The notes under the pieces: model-generated
Seen by the model: only the letters and a program-made list of their open reading frames with translations
Databases searched by the model: none
Told to the model about the DNA's origin: nothing
Shown here: positions 61,921-64,000 of the stretch, one piece after another
Position numbering within the stretch: position 1 is the first letter of the stretch
Layout of the letters: each line of letters begins with the position of its first letter
Translations under genes and position numbers: made by a program
Origin: Octopus sinensis
Taxonomy: Eukaryota
NCBI RefSeq assembly: GCF_006345805.1
Contig: NC_042999.1
Coordinates: 72,168,001-72,232,000, forward strand
Length of the DNA: 64,000 nucleotides
Direction: 5' to 3'

Positions 61921-64000
61921 AATGGTTTTCATTATCATAATTAGAAGATCACACGCTTCGTCTTAGCCGTTTTTATCTAAAAGCTTTCATTCCGATGTGA
62001 TTACAATAATCGCCTTCCGTTGCATATATTCATTTGTACACTAAATTTTGTTTTCATATAGCTATACATATATGCACACTCGTGAGTACAGTTAGATGTA
62101 CGACTACTGCTGTTGGGTTAGAACTCCAGATAGATTATCATTCATTTTCCAGACAGCTTCCAGTATTGCGGTTAGTCTACCACCCTACTAAGTAATGTTA
62201 CCAGTTATGATATATAGACCATATGTAGTGAGAAAATTAAGATAAGCGTAAGTATAAATCATTAGTTACTACCTATGTTTCAACATTACAGTTGTCTGGA
62301 AATCAGCATTGAATATTCCAAGAGCATCTGGATGCCTAACAGCAATGAATCATTAAGGAAACATTTTATTGCATTATGTTACAAAGATCTAGAGATTTAA
62401 TTGTCCCCTATATAGATATAAAGTTTATTTTCGAATCCCGCTAACTCGTAAATGGAAAACGGCGACATGAAGATGATTAGAAGTAAAATTATTTAGTGTG
62501 TGCAAGTTTCGTTAAATATTATATTAAACATTTCCACTTGCTGTGGTGATACGTCTACCTATCCATCCATCTATTACTATAAATATCTCTCAATCTATTT
62601 CACAATTATGAATTCATATATTCTTTTATTCGTTTCTTTCATTAGTCAAAGTCATTGAACTACGGCCATACGTGAGTACCATCTTAAAGAGCTTGGCCGA
62701 TCAAACGGATTCCAATACTTATTTAGTCGACCTGGTTTTATTTTCGAAACGCTGTGTTACAGAGAAGTAAGCAAACCATTTTATGTTGTTTTGGTTAAAC
62801 GGTGTTTTGAATGCCCTTCAATGGGGAATCACTTTCTTAAAATGGTATATGCTTTTCTTTTTTCTTTTTCTTCGGTGTGCATCTTTTGTTCATTGATTAG
62901 AACGGATTAGATGCTCACTTTCTTACAATAAGAAGTAGTTTTCAAATGTATTTTAGAAATGTTTTTTACTAATATTTGTGGCTATAGAATGTTTCTTCTT
63001 GCAATGGTTAAGAGATATTTTAATATATAATGTGATTTTGCTTTCTTACAATTGCGTTCAAATATTTTTGGAATCTGATTTAAATATAGTTCGCTTTTTT
63101 TATTTATTGAAACAGGCTAGAAGTTGGTATTCTTGTGAAAAATATCTGTTTATGAAAAACCTCTTGGACATTTATGTTAGGCTTAGATTTTATTGAATTA
63201 GGTAAGAGTCGTTTGAAAATAAGGTACCATGTCGTAATATGGATCTGGGTATCGATTTTTTAATGGATTTTATCAGAATAGGGATGTAAGGTCTCTTAGT
63301 GTAATGTTTACATTAAAAGCCATTTTTATACTGATCTTAAATTCATTTAAAGTGCTATCAAAAACCAAATTATTACGAGGTGATTTTAAAAATTATATCG
63401 TGGTTAAGGATAACGTTCTTTCAGATATTCTGCAAAATATTTTTCAAAGTTTTCAAAAATATTTTTCTGAAATCTTGTACAAAATTTTAAAATCTCTTTA
63501 ATATTATGTGAATTACTCATAAAATTTGCTTTGTAAAATTTATAAAGAGTGTTTTCTTAAGAATTCTTCACAAAAATTTTCATTTCAATTTTCAAATTAA
63601 AATTTAAGATTTAATAAAATTTTCTTTCAAAATATTATGCTACAGTTGGCGTTTCTTAAAAATGGTTATAAAGAAGATATAACAATAGGCCAACCGAAAA
63701 TAGTCAAAACAGAAAACATAATATGTGGTAAAATTTTTCATTCAATAGAGGATTGCAACACACAGTCAGTGTTTATCAAGACTCTATCTGAATACATCTC
63801 TCTACTCCAAAATTATAAGATTATAAATTACATTAAAAAAACAGCTATAGTGTTATGTTTTACTACCTAAAGGAAAATATTAGTGGAAGATACTAAAAAT
63901 AAAAAGGAAAAATGATAAAGAAACAATGTTAAATACAAAATATAAAAGGAAAAATACAGTATCACGAGATCTTATCTACTGAGAAGTGTGTGTTTTGTGA

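Overview
AT-rich, microsatellite-dense animal DNA. The repeat families look like those of a coleoid cephalopod (Octopus-like); this is inferred from the repeats, not from a search. No host protein-coding exon was recognised. Main contents: a full-length, probably intact Tx1/L1-clade LINE (204-5430) plus an ORF1-only remnant of a related family; four R4/Dong-like RT-RLE retroelement pieces next to (TAA)n tracts; five copies of a ~555-bp non-coding (TAA)n-flanked element; decayed Chapaev-like, DD37D Tc1/mariner and Helitron transposons; at least four tRNA-derived SINE families; and several long inverted-repeat elements, one with a telomere-like core. The most striking item is a 492-bp head-to-tail repeat (28207-29302, 2.2 apparently identical units between (TA)n tracts). 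Each complete unit folds into a type I hammerhead ribozyme, which makes it a candidate retrozyme producing a 492-nt circular RNA. Two further Penelope-type hammerhead-like motifs lie at 46331-46456 (minus strand, intact core) and 6010-6051 (degenerate). All folds and alignments were done by eye.
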